From NCBI GenBank assembly GCA_947627935.1, contig CANQXY010000001.1:15495-79494 (forward strand): a DNA stretch of 64,000 nt, written 5' to 3'. Positions 27,381 through 37,113 of this stretch are shown here, piece after piece. Each line of letters opens with the position of its first letter. Position 1 is the first letter of the stretch. The notes under the pieces are model-generated. The model searched no databases. It saw nothing but the letters and a program-made list of their open reading frames with translations, and was not told where the DNA came from. This DNA is from an uncultured Clostridia bacterium (GTDB lineage Bacteria; Bacillota; Clostridia; TANB77; CAG-508). The translations under genes and the position numbers were made by a program.

Positions 27381-28403
27381 ATGAAAAATGATAAAAAATA
27401 TATTAATATTTTTATTATTAATATAATTATGTGTATAATTGGTATTTCTTGTATAGTATATAATTTTTATATTAATAAAAATAAAGTATCTATTTATAAT
27501 TATAAAATACAAAAAAGTGATGATTATGAGGTTTTATTAAAACCAAATAATTTTTATGAAACAGAAACACTTAAATCTGGTTCTTATTATGCTTCAAATT
27601 CTATTAATAGTTATATTATAAATTTAAAACATGATTTTTTAGGAGATAAAAAAGCTAATTTAGAATATGATTATAATATTGATGCCTATTTAATTGGGGT
27701 TGTAAAAGATAATGATAATCAAGATAAAGAAGTTTGGAATAGAAAGTTTATTCTTAAAGACAAAACTCATGATAAAAAAGATAATATAGATAAAAACTCT
27801 ATCAATCAACAAGTAACTATAGATTATGAGTATTATAATAATTTAGTACGCTCATATGAAAAAACATATGGAATTACAATAGACAGTGTTCTAAAAGTAA
27901 GATTCGATATTTCTTATATTATTAATTTAGATAAATATACTGATAAAGTAGAAGATTTTATAGAATTAGAAATACCAATAACTAGTACAATAACTGAAAT
28001 AAAAGAAAATTATGAAAAGGATACAAATGGAGAAATTATAAAAGAGCAAGAAAGTAAAAAAATAAAAGAAATTTTACTGTATGTTATTGGAGGAATAATT
28101 TTTATAATATCATCAATAATTATTGTATTTATTATAATAAAATATATAAAAATTAAAGAAAAACAATATGATTGGAAATTAAGACGAATTTTGAGATATT
28201 ATAAAGATATAATAATTACTATTAGTAATGAACCAAATTTAGATAATTTAAAAGTAATAAATATATCTGTCTTTGAGGATTTGATTGATTTAGCTGAACA
28301 AACTCAAAAAAGTATTTTATATTATAAAAGTATTAATAGAGAGGAAAGTAAATTTTTTGTTATCATCGATAACTATGTATATGTTTATTTATTAAAAACA
28401 TAG
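27381..28403 (+). CDS. Hypothetical two-TM membrane protein (N-terminal anchor, ~190-aa extracytoplasmic domain, second TM, ~100-aa cytoplasmic tail)
   Basis: The RBS is aaggagg. TM segments are at residues ~10-30 and ~218-243. It appears to be in an operon with the SipW fusion. Confidence 0.55.
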   Translation: MKNDKKYINIFIINIIMCIIGISCIVYNFYINKNKVSIYNYKIQKSDDYEVLLKPNNFYETETLKSGSYYASNSINSYIINLKHDFLGDKKANLEYDYNIDAYLIGVVKDNDNQDKEVWNRKFILKDKTHDKKDNIDKNSINQQVTIDYEYYNNLVRSYEKTYGITIDSVLKVRFDISYIINLDKYTDKVEDFIELEIPITSTITEIKENYEKDTNGEIIKEQESKKIKEILLYVIGGIIFIISSIIIVFIIIKYIKIKEKQYDWKLRRILRYYKDIIITISNEPNLDNLKVINISVFEDLIDLAEQTQKSILYYKSINREESKFFVIIDNYVYVYLLKT

Positions 28404-28415
28404 TAAGGAGAAAAT

Positions 28416-29375
28416 ATGATTGATTGTCATTATGATTTATTAACATATATTTTAATAAAAAAAGATGAAAAAGAATTTCTTAGAAATTATTGTAAAAATG
28501 TTTATAAAAAAGATAATATTACTGGTGGAATTTTTAATTTGTTTTATATGACAGAGCAAGAAATGAAAGAAGAATTAGGAATAGAAAAAAATCAAATTAA
28601 TTTAATAGAAAATTTAAAAGAAGTAAAAGAATATATTAGATTAAATAAAATTATACCAGATAATATAAATTATATATTTGGTATTGAAGGATTAGATTAT
28701 TTAGAAAAAATAGATGATATTGATATTTTGTATTCCTTAGGATTAAGATCTACAAATCCAGTATGGAGTAATAAAAATAAATTTGGAGGAGGGGTAAGAG
28801 CAAATAATAAAGAAGGTTTAACAAAATTAGGCAAAATATTAATTAAAAAATTAGTTAATAAAAAAATTGCAATAGATTTATCTCATGCAAATGAAACTAC
28901 ATTTTTTGATATTATAAATATATGCAAAAAAATGAAAAAAGAGGGAAAAGATCCAATTGTATTTGCATCACATTCAAACGCAAAAAAAGTATGCAATGTA
29001 CCAAGAAATTTAACAGATGAACAAATACTAGCCATAAAAGAATTAGGAGGAATAATAGGAGTTGTATCAATTAAAAATTTTTGTATTGATACAAATGATA
29101 TTTGCAATAAAAATATAGATTATGAGCAGAAATATATTGAAAATATAACTTATATAAAAAATATACTAGGTGGAGTAGATAATATAGCTGTAGCGACAGA
29201 TGATATGAAATATTATTTTATTGATCCAGAGTATTATCAAAACATAAATATATATCCTCATTTTAATGTTAAAGAAAAATTAAAAAAAGCATTAGAAAAA
29301 AATGATTATAATGAAATACAAATAAAAAAGATATTAGAAGATAATTTTAAAGAAAAAATATTGAAAAGGTTATAA
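28416..29375 (+). CDS. Peptidase M19 (renal-dipeptidase family) metallo-dipeptidase
   Basis: M19 signature positions are present: an N-terminal IDCHYDL (HxD), GIEGLD, IAIDLSHAN and FASHSNAKKVCNVPRNLTDEQILAIKELGGIIGV. The RBS is aaggag. The terminator agatgagtaaattactcatctttttt follows. Confidence 0.7.
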   Translation: MIDCHYDLLTYILIKKDEKEFLRNYCKNVYKKDNITGGIFNLFYMTEQEMKEELGIEKNQINLIENLKEVKEYIRLNKIIPDNINYIFGIEGLDYLEKIDDIDILYSLGLRSTNPVWSNKNKFGGGVRANNKEGLTKLGKILIKKLVNKKIAIDLSHANETTFFDIINICKKMKKEGKDPIVFASHSNAKKVCNVPRNLTDEQILAIKELGGIIGVVSIKNFCIDTNDICNKNIDYEQKYIENITYIKNILGGVDNIAVATDDMKYYFIDPEYYQNINIYPHFNVKEKLKKALEKNDYNEIQIKKILEDNFKEKILKRL

Positions 29376-29510
29376 AAAGATGAGTAAATTACTCATCTTT
29401 TTTGATAATTTATATTATTATACTATAAAATTAATAAAATAATGGAAATTTATTTAAAAGTATGATAAAATATCGTATGAAATTATAAAAATAAAAAATA
29501 GGAGATAGTA

Positions 29511-30416
29511 ATGGGCTTTTTTGATAAATTAAAAAGTGGATTAAGTAAAACAAAAAATTCATTTGATGAAAAGATTAATAATGTATTTAGTACATTTAGA
29601 AAAGTAGATGAAGAGTTTCTAGAAGAATTAGAAGAAATATTAATAATGTCAGATATAGGTATGGATACATCATTAAAAATAATAGATAGTTTAAGACAAA
29701 GAATAAAAAAAGAAAATATACAAGATGAAGAAGAAGTTAAAAAAGTTTTAAGAGAAGAAATAATAAAGATATTTGACCAGACAGATACTAGTTTAGTATT
29801 AGACACAAAACCATCTGTTATATTAGTTGTTGGAGTAAATGGTGTTGGAAAAACTACATCAATTGGCAAAATAGCAAATAGATTAGTAAAGGATGGTAAA
29901 AAAGTAGTAGTTGCAGCAGCAGATACATTTAGAGCAGCAGCTGTAGAACAATTAGAAATATGGGCAAATAGAGCAGGATCTGATATAGTAAAAAGAGAAG
30001 AAGGAGTAGATCCAGCATCAGTTGTATATGATGCAATAAAGAAAACAATAGAAACAAATGCAGATGTTTTAATTGTAGATACAGCAGGAAGATTGCATAA
30101 TAAAAAATATTTAATGGATGAATTAAATAAAATACAAAAAGTAATAAACAAAGAAATGCCAGAAGCTAGAAAAGAAGTTTTATTAGTAATTGATGGAACA
30201 ACAGGACAAAATGCAATTGCTCAAGTAAAAGCATTTAAACAAGAAGCAGATATAACTGGATTAGTTCTTACAAAATTAGACGGTACGGCTAAAGGCGGAG
30301 TTGTTATTGGAATTGTAGATGAAAATAAAATACCAGTTAAATTTATTGGTGTTGGTGAACAAATTGATGATATGGAAATATTTAATAAAGAGGACTTTGT
30401 TAATGCAATAATATAG
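29511..30416 (+). CDS. ftsY: Signal recognition particle receptor FtsY
   Basis: An NG domain is present: GVNGVGKTTSIGK, DTAGR, TKLDGTAKGG. Confidence 0.9.
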   Translation: MGFFDKLKSGLSKTKNSFDEKINNVFSTFRKVDEEFLEELEEILIMSDIGMDTSLKIIDSLRQRIKKENIQDEEEVKKVLREEIIKIFDQTDTSLVLDTKPSVILVVGVNGVGKTTSIGKIANRLVKDGKKVVVAAADTFRAAAVEQLEIWANRAGSDIVKREEGVDPASVVYDAIKKTIETNADVLIVDTAGRLHNKKYLMDELNKIQKVINKEMPEARKEVLLVIDGTTGQNAIAQVKAFKQEADITGLVLTKLDGTAKGGVVIGIVDENKIPVKFIGVGEQIDDMEIFNKEDFVNAII

Positions 30417-30427
30417 GAGGATTATTA

Positions 30428-33244
30428 ATGGAAGAAGTAAAAAATGAAAATAAAACTCTAAAGAAAAAAAGTAAAACTAGAATGATATTAGTAATTTTAT
30501 TTATAATAGTGTTCGCCTTATTTAATTATATATCATTAAGAGGTAACTTCTTAGAATATAAGGAATTAGGTGAAGAATACATTAATATATTTAAAACTAA
30601 TTTAGAATATAAGTACAATATAATGGGAGTAAGTTTTATTTTACTATATATAATAATGTATTTTACAAATAGAGGAATAAAAAAAGGACTAAAGGATTTC
30701 TTTGAACAAGAAAAAAAGGAAATGCCAAAACTTTTGAATAAATCAATTTCTTTAGTTGTTGCAGCTATAGGTAGTGTTATTGTTTCAAATGTATTGTTAA
30801 ACAAAATAATTTTATTTGCAAATAATACTTCGTTTGAAATATCTGATCCTATATTTAATATGGATATATCATATTATATGTTTATTAAACCTGTAATTGA
30901 AATATTTATACTTTGTTTAATAATCTTAATTGTAGGACTAACTATATATATGGCTTTATATTATATTATAGTATTTAATATGCATTTTGATGGAATAGAT
31001 AGAAAAACATTAAAAGAAAGTAAATTAATGAAAAAAGCTATTAGAAACTTAAAATTAGTAACAGTTGCAATAGCATTATTAACATTAATAAATACGCAAA
31101 ATATCGTTTTACAAAAATTCTTAAGCTTGGAAGATGAAATAGAATTAATTGGAGCAGGATTTACAGAAGCAACAATTAAATTATGGGGATATAGAATATT
31201 TTCTGTTTTAATTGTTGTAGCTATATTTATGGCAATAAAATATTTTAAATCATCAGATACTAAAAAAGTATTAATTAGTTTAGCTACATTACCAGCATAT
31301 TTGGTTTGTCTATTTATTGTTATGGTAACATTTGACTTAATTTTTGTTAATTCTAATGAATTGGATAAAGAAAAAAAATACATAGCATATAATATTGAAA
31401 ACACAAAAAATGCATATGGAATAAATATACAAGAAGAAAATTTAGATTATTCAGGTACAATAACTGTTGATGAAACCGAAGATAATCAGGAAGTATTAGA
31501 TAATATTACAATAATAAGTAAAGATGCAGTTTTAAAAACATTAGAAGATAGTCAAACAAATACAGGTTATTATACTTATAGAAATGCAACTATTGGAAAA
31601 TATAGTATAGATGGAAAAGATAAACTTGTATATGTTTCACCAAGAGAAATTGTAAGTGGTGCAGATAGAACATATAATAATAAAACATATGAATATACTC
31701 ATGGATATGGACAAGTAATAACTTTAGCAACTAATAGCACAGAATTAGGAAGTATAGAATATATTCAAAAGGGTGTAACAAATAATAAAATAAAAACTAC
31801 ACAACCTAGAATTTATTTTGGATTAAAGACAGATGATACTATTGTAACAAATACAAAAAATAAATCAGAATATGATTACACTGATGATAATGGAACAGAT
31901 CATGAATATACATATACAGGAAAAGCAGGGTTAAATCTAGACTTCATGGATAGAATTGTTTTAGCATTAAAACAGGGAAACATAAATTTAGCATTTTCTT
32001 CATCTATAACAAATGAAAGTAAAATACTAATAAATAGAAATATAAGAGATAGAACAAAAAAAGCATTACCATATTTATTATATGATGAAAATCCATATAC
32101 TGTAGTAGATGATAATGGAAATATAATATGGGTATTAGATGCATATACAGTATCTAGCAATTATCCTTATTCATCATATAGCAATATAATATATGAAGGT
32201 TCAAAACAAAAAATTAATTATATAAGAAATTCAGTAAAAGTTTTAATAAATAGCTATGATGGTACAATGAAATTTTATATAACAGATAGAACAGACCCAA
32301 TCGCAATGGCATATAGAAATACATATAAAACTTTATTTGAAGATATAGATAGTAAAATACCTGAAGATATATCAAGAAACTTTATATATCCAGAATATTT
32401 ATATAATATTCAAGCAAATATGCTTACACTATATCATAATGTAAAAACAGATGTATTATATAGAAGTGATGATATATGGGAATTAGCAAAATACAATACT
32501 ACACAAACAACAAAATCAACAGGAACAATACTTTTACCATATTATACAATGGTAAAAACAATAGATTCAGATAAAGAAGTTTTAGGATTAGTACAAGCAT
32601 TTACTCCAAATGAGAAACAAAATATAATATCATATTTAGTAGGTTCATATAATGATGGAAATAGCAAATTAAAATTATACAAATTCCCATCAGATAGCAA
32701 TATATTAGGACCAATGCAACTTGATACACAAATAATGCAAGATGAAACAATATCAAAAGAACTAGAAACTTTAAATATTACTGGAACAAAAATAACAAAA
32801 CAAATGATAATTGTTCCAATTAAAAATACTCTTTTATATGTAGAACCAATATATCAAACAATGATTAATGAATCTGATGTTCCAATACTTAAGAAAATTA
32901 TTGTTGCATCAGGAAATAAAGTTGCAATAGGAAATAATCTAGATGAAGCATTAAAGAATTTACTTTCTCAAGATGCTGTCGATATAGAAGTAGAAAATAC
33001 AGATGATATTGAAGGATTAATAGAGGCAATAATAAAAGCAAATAATAATTTAACACAATCAAATAAAAATAATGATTGGGAAATGATGGGATCTGATTTA
33101 CAAAAACTTCAAACTTTAATAAATTCTTTAGAAGATTTAAAAGAAAAAGAACAAGAAGAAAATAATACAACTAATAATCAAACAAATACTATAAGTAATA
33201 ATACTATAGATGAAAATGATGTTAATGAAAATTATTATGAATAA
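30428..33244 (+). CDS. UPF0182 family large membrane protein
   Basis: The 938-aa protein has a multi-TM N-terminal region and a long extracytoplasmic domain. The size and organisation are typical of UPF0182. An Asn/Thr-rich low-complexity C-terminus is present. The terminator at 33250..33287 follows. Confidence 0.7.
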   Translation: MEEVKNENKTLKKKSKTRMILVILFIIVFALFNYISLRGNFLEYKELGEEYINIFKTNLEYKYNIMGVSFILLYIIMYFTNRGIKKGLKDFFEQEKKEMPKLLNKSISLVVAAIGSVIVSNVLLNKIILFANNTSFEISDPIFNMDISYYMFIKPVIEIFILCLIILIVGLTIYMALYYIIVFNMHFDGIDRKTLKESKLMKKAIRNLKLVTVAIALLTLINTQNIVLQKFLSLEDEIELIGAGFTEATIKLWGYRIFSVLIVVAIFMAIKYFKSSDTKKVLISLATLPAYLVCLFIVMVTFDLIFVNSNELDKEKKYIAYNIENTKNAYGINIQEENLDYSGTITVDETEDNQEVLDNITIISKDAVLKTLEDSQTNTGYYTYRNATIGKYSIDGKDKLVYVSPREIVSGADRTYNNKTYEYTHGYGQVITLATNSTELGSIEYIQKGVTNNKIKTTQPRIYFGLKTDDTIVTNTKNKSEYDYTDDNGTDHEYTYTGKAGLNLDFMDRIVLALKQGNINLAFSSSITNESKILINRNIRDRTKKALPYLLYDENPYTVVDDNGNIIWVLDAYTVSSNYPYSSYSNIIYEGSKQKINYIRNSVKVLINSYDGTMKFYITDRTDPIAMAYRNTYKTLFEDIDSKIPEDISRNFIYPEYLYNIQANMLTLYHNVKTDVLYRSDDIWELAKYNTTQTTKSTGTILLPYYTMVKTIDSDKEVLGLVQAFTPNEKQNIISYLVGSYNDGNSKLKLYKFPSDSNILGPMQLDTQIMQDETISKELETLNITGTKITKQMIIVPIKNTLLYVEPIYQTMINESDVPILKKIIVASGNKVAIGNNLDEALKNLLSQDAVDIEVENTDDIEGLIEAIIKANNNLTQSNKNNDWEMMGSDLQKLQTLINSLEDLKEKEQEENNTTNNQTNTISNNTIDENDVNENYYE

Positions 33245-33277
33245 AACATAAAAAAAAATCCACCCTAATTTTAAAGG

Positions 33278-33571
33278 GTGGATTTAATTGTGTTTAAAAA
33301 AAGAAAAATTTTAAGTAAAAGTATAGAAAAATTAAGTAATATGCTTGAAGAAATGAATATAAGTGAACTTATATATATATTAGGAAGTAGAAAAGAAATA
33401 ATATTAAGAAATTTATATGCTGGAATATTTAGAGGAGTAGGAATAGGAATAGGTGTTACTATTATTTCTGCTATCTTAATTATTATTTTAAGAAAGATAG
33501 TTACATTAAATATACCAATAATTGGTGAATATATTGCAGATATAGTTGATATTGTTCAAAATAGTAGATAA
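33278..33571 (+). CDS. Small membrane protein (DUF5665-like); the true start is probably an internal ATG (33341)
   Basis: The Gly-rich TM segment is GIFRGVGIGIGVTIISAILIIIL. The annotated GTG start lies inside the upstream terminator hairpin. Confidence 0.4.
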   Translation: MDLIVFKKRKILSKSIEKLSNMLEEMNISELIYILGSRKEIILRNLYAGIFRGVGIGIGVTIISAILIIILRKIVTLNIPIIGEYIADIVDIVQNSR

Positions 33572-33596
33572 AAAAATAAAATGTGAAAATCACATT

Positions 33597-34811
33597 TTAT
33601 TTTTCTAATTTATGAAATACTTTTTTACCTTTTTTTAATATTGCATATCCATCTTTAAAATCTTGACTAGATAATTTATATGATATATCAGTTATTTTTA
33701 TATCATTTAAAGATATACCACCTTGAGAAATTAAAGTTTTTGCTTGACCTTTTGAAGGAGCAATACCTGATAAAACAATTGCATCAACAATAGAAATGTC
33801 TATAGATTCTAATTTAGTAGAAGGCATACTATCTAAATCACCTTGACCTTCAAATAATGCATTAGATGCTTCTTCTGCTTTTTTTGCTTCTTCTTCACCA
33901 TGAACTAGTTTAGTTATTTCATATGCTGCAATTTTTTTAGCTTTATTAATTTCTTCACCAGGTAGTAAAGAAAGTCTTTTTACTTCTTCCATAGGTATAA
34001 ATGTAAGCATACGTAAAACATCATAAACTTCATTATCTTGAATATTTCTCCAGTATTGATAAAATTCATATGGAGAAGTTTTTTTAGGATCTAACCATAA
34101 AGCTCCACTAACAGTTTTACCCATTTTTTTGCCTTCAGCATTTAAAAGAAGAGGACATGTGACACAAAAACTTCCATTTTTATGAATTTTACGAATTAAA
34201 TCAACTCCAGCAAGCATATTTGACCATTGATCGTCTCCACCAATTTCTACTTTACATCCTTTTTCTTCAAATAAATGTAAAAAGTCATAACTTTGCATAA
34301 GCATATAATTTAATTCAAAAAAAGTAAGACCTTTTTCCATACGTTGTTTAAAACATTCTGCATCAAGCATATGATTTACATTAAAGTAAATACCATATGT
34401 ACGTATAAATTCCATATAATTTAAATCTAAAATCCAATCACCATTATTTACTATTATTGCAGCATTTTCACCTTCGAAAGAAATGAATTTACTAACTTGT
34501 TTTATTATATTATCAACATTATGAGAAATATCTTCTTTAGAAAGCATTTTTCTCATATCAGTTTTACCACTAGGATCTCCAATAAAAGCAGTACCACCAC
34601 CAATTAAAATAATTGGGCGATGTCCACATTTTTGAAAATATGACATCATCATAAGGGGAATAAAGTGACCAATATGAATACTATCTGCAGTAGGATCAAT
34701 TCCCAAATAAACTGAAAATTTTTCTTCTTGAGCTAGTTTTTTAAATTCTTCCTCATATGTGATTTGCTTAATTAAATCTCTTTGTTTTAATACATCAAAT
34801 ACATTTTCCAT
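33597..34811 (-). CDS. tyrS: Tyrosyl-tRNA synthetase
   Basis: The HIGH motif is IHIGHFIPL. The KMSKS-type motif is KMGKT. A C-terminal S4-like domain is present. Confidence 0.9.
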   Translation of the reverse strand: MENVFDVLKQRDLIKQITYEEEFKKLAQEEKFSVYLGIDPTADSIHIGHFIPLMMMSYFQKCGHRPIILIGGGTAFIGDPSGKTDMRKMLSKEDISHNVDNIIKQVSKFISFEGENAAIIVNNGDWILDLNYMEFIRTYGIYFNVNHMLDAECFKQRMEKGLTFFELNYMLMQSYDFLHLFEEKGCKVEIGGDDQWSNMLAGVDLIRKIHKNGSFCVTCPLLLNAEGKKMGKTVSGALWLDPKKTSPYEFYQYWRNIQDNEVYDVLRMLTFIPMEEVKRLSLLPGEEINKAKKIAAYEITKLVHGEEEAKKAEEASNALFEGQGDLDSMPSTKLESIDISIVDAIVLSGIAPSKGQAKTLISQGGISLNDIKITDISYKLSSQDFKDGYAILKKGKKVFHKLEK

Positions 34812-34876
34812 AAAATCCTCCAGTTAATATAAAAGTAGCCATATATTCATGGCTATTTATAAATATATTAGACTAA

Positions 34877-35158
34877 TTAATTAAAAATTATTCCGTTATT
34901 TCCTTCTTTATTATTAATTTTATTATTTAAATTTTCTCCATATTCTTTAATACCATCATATCCTAGAAATCTATTTAGATTTTTTTCAGATATACCAGTT
35001 TCAGAAGAAATAGTTCCAAGTGAATTATTAAATCCATTTTCTTCTATATAATTTTTAAATGTAGAAAATTCTAAATTATCTTTAGCAGTACATTTTGGAC
35101 ATACATTACCACTAGAAATATAAAAATTACCACAACGACTACATTTACTAAATTCCAT
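34877..35158 (-). CDS. Hypothetical zinc-ribbon protein (CxxC...CxxC)
   Basis: MEFSKCSRCGNFYISSGNVCPKC. The RBS ggagg lies upstream of the ATG at 35158. The terminator hairpin agccatgaatatatggct lies between this gene and tyrS. Confidence 0.5.
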   Translation of the reverse strand: MEFSKCSRCGNFYISSGNVCPKCTAKDNLEFSTFKNYIEENGFNNSLGTISSETGISEKNLNRFLGYDGIKEYGENLNNKINNKEGNNGIIFN

Positions 35159-35315
35159 AATAATTCCTCCTAAAATTTTATCTTTTGACAATATATTCTT
35201 TAAACTTACAACATTGTAACATAAATATAAAAAAAGATAAAGGATTTTTTAAAAATTACTTGACAAAATTTTATTAGAATATATAATTATCACAGAAAAT
35301 TAAGGAGGTAATATT

Positions 35316-35864
35316 ATGAAAGCTTATGTTTGTAAAGTATGCGGATATATTCATTTTGGTGAAGAAGCACCAGAAAGATGTCCACAATGTGGAGCAGGTA
35401 AAGATAAATTTGAAGAAAAGAAAGAATCAGCAGAGAAAAATTATGCAGATGAACATGTAATTGGAGTAGCAAAAGGATTAGATGAAGAAGTTGTAAAAGG
35501 ATTAAAAGATAATTTTATGGGAGAATGTACAGAAGTAGGTATGTATCTAGCAATGAGCAGACAAGCAGATAGAGATGGATATCCTGAAGTTGCAGAAGCA
35601 TTTAAAAGATATGCTTGGGAAGAAGCAGAACATGCTGCTAAATTTGCAGAATTGTTAGGAGAAGTAGTTTACCCAGATACAAAGAAAAATCTTACATTAA
35701 GAGCAGAAGCTGAGTGTGGAGCTTGTATGGGTAAAAAGGAATTAGCAACTAGAGCTAAAGAATTAGGATATGATGCAATACATGATACAGTTCATGAAAT
35801 GTGTAAAGATGAAGCAAGACATGGAAGAGGATTTGACGGACTATTAAAAAGATATTTTAATTAA
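35316..35864 (+). CDS. Reverse rubrerythrin (N-terminal rubredoxin domain + ferritin-like diiron domain)
   Basis: The rubredoxin domain is [21 protein letters not shown]. The diiron domain has E...EEAEH and EARH motifs. A TTGACA-17-TATAAT promoter lies at about 35258-35290. Confidence 0.8.
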   Translation: MKAYVCKVCGYIHFGEEAPERCPQCGAGKDKFEEKKESAEKNYADEHVIGVAKGLDEEVVKGLKDNFMGECTEVGMYLAMSRQADRDGYPEVAEAFKRYAWEEAEHAAKFAELLGEVVYPDTKKNLTLRAEAECGACMGKKELATRAKELGYDAIHDTVHEMCKDEARHGRGFDGLLKRYFN

Positions 35865-35885
35865 AAATAAAGGTGTAAGATTTTC

Positions 35886-36305
35886 TTACACCTTTTCTAA
35901 TACATTTATTAATTTGTTATATCCATCTTCATTATATTTTTTTAAATTAATTGGTTTTAAAGAATTATTTGTAAAACAATGTTTAGTTTCAGCTGTCATT
36001 ATTAATTCATTTGTTTTCTTATTTATAAGTTCATAATTTACAATCATTCTAACACCTGTAAATGTAGTTATTTTACATTTTATAAGTATTATATCATCAA
36101 AAGTTACATGTTTTTTATAGTCACATTTTACTCCTAAAACAGGAATCATAATTCCCAATTCTTCTAATCTAGAATATTGTAAATCAATATAACTTAAAAA
36201 TTCACATCTAGCTTCTTCTAAGAATCTAATATAATTTGAATGATGTACAATTCCCATTTTATCTGTTTCATAATAATTTATTTTTCTTTCAAATACATAT
36301 TCCAT
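35886..36305 (-). CDS. Acyl-CoA thioesterase (hotdog fold, YbgC/4HBT-like)
   Basis: The sequence YETDKMGIVHHSNYIRFLEEAR is typical of the 4HBT family. Confidence 0.7.
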   Translation of the reverse strand: MEYVFERKINYYETDKMGIVHHSNYIRFLEEARCEFLSYIDLQYSRLEELGIMIPVLGVKCDYKKHVTFDDIILIKCKITTFTGVRMIVNYELINKKTNELIMTAETKHCFTNNSLKPINLKKYNEDGYNKLINVLEKV

Positions 36306-36571
36306 AAATATTCATCCTTTCAAAAATGTATTATATAGCTTGTTTAAAAAAATGTCAAATGTCATAAAATGTCGAAAAATATAAATATATTGTAGATAAT
36401 AAAAATGTTAATATGTATTGATTTTTATATATTTATATGTTTAAATATAAGTATAATTTTATTTATGAGTATATATTTTCAACTTAGTACTACAAAATTA
36501 ATTTTTTAAATCTAAAAATTAAAATCTAAAATTCAGCAAGAAATATAAAATTTAATATAAGGAGTGATACT

Positions 36572-37057
36572 ATGCAAGAAAAAGGTATTAGTGATTTTTT
36601 AAAACATGCTTATGAGCTTGGAAGGGTAAAAGATGTCACAGAAGCTTTTGATGAGTTTGATACAGAAGAAGAAATACATAAAGGTGATGTAGATTTTTTT
36701 CTAAAAGAAAGTAAAGAAAGTTATAGTTATTATGAAATAGGAGATATTGTTTTTGTAAAAAAATATAGATATGCTGATGAACGTGTTGGAAGAAATCATT
36801 TATTTGTAATAATAGAACAAAATAATTTTGCAGTTCCAATAGAAAATTTTGGAATGATAATATCTTCAAAAATAGAAAAATTAATATATAAGCAGAATAA
36901 ATTTTTAAAGAAGGATAGTGTAAATAATTTAAAAAAAGATAGTATAGTTAAAACTGATGTTATATATATAATTTCTAATGATCAAATTTTATTCAAAATA
37001 GGTAAAGTAGATTTAGATAAAATAGAATATTACAAAATGTGTTATTTAGATAATTAA
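36572..37057 (+). CDS. PemK/MazF-like endoribonuclease-domain protein with ~55-aa N-terminal extension (solo; no adjacent antitoxin gene)
   Basis: The region YEIGDIVFVKKYRYADERVGRNHLFVIIEQNN...AVPI...KTDVIYIISNDQILFKIGKV matches the conserved blocks of the MazF/CcdB fold. The RBS is aaggag. Confidence 0.45.
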   Translation: MQEKGISDFLKHAYELGRVKDVTEAFDEFDTEEEIHKGDVDFFLKESKESYSYYEIGDIVFVKKYRYADERVGRNHLFVIIEQNNFAVPIENFGMIISSKIEKLIYKQNKFLKKDSVNNLKKDSIVKTDVIYIISNDQILFKIGKVDLDKIEYYKMCYLDN

Positions 37058-37113
37058 TTTTCTTGAAAAGAGTATAATAACATGATATAATCTCTTGCAA
37101 AGGAGAAAGAAAA

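Noticed and set aside
13260-29400. Intact prophage or ICE at ssrA or tRNA-Thr
   Set aside because: There is no integrase, excisionase, terminase, capsid, relaxase or T4SS gene anywhere between the repeats. Only short cargo segments and decayed attachment-site-like sequences are present.
33278-33290. GTG start at 33278 for the small membrane protein
   Set aside because: This start lies within the UPF0182 terminator hairpin (ccaccctaattttaaagggtgg). An internal ATG is more plausible.
34812-35315. T-box riboswitch upstream of tyrS
   Set aside because: The spacers are too short (65 nt) and contain only a terminator hairpin and RBS. No T-box consensus is present.
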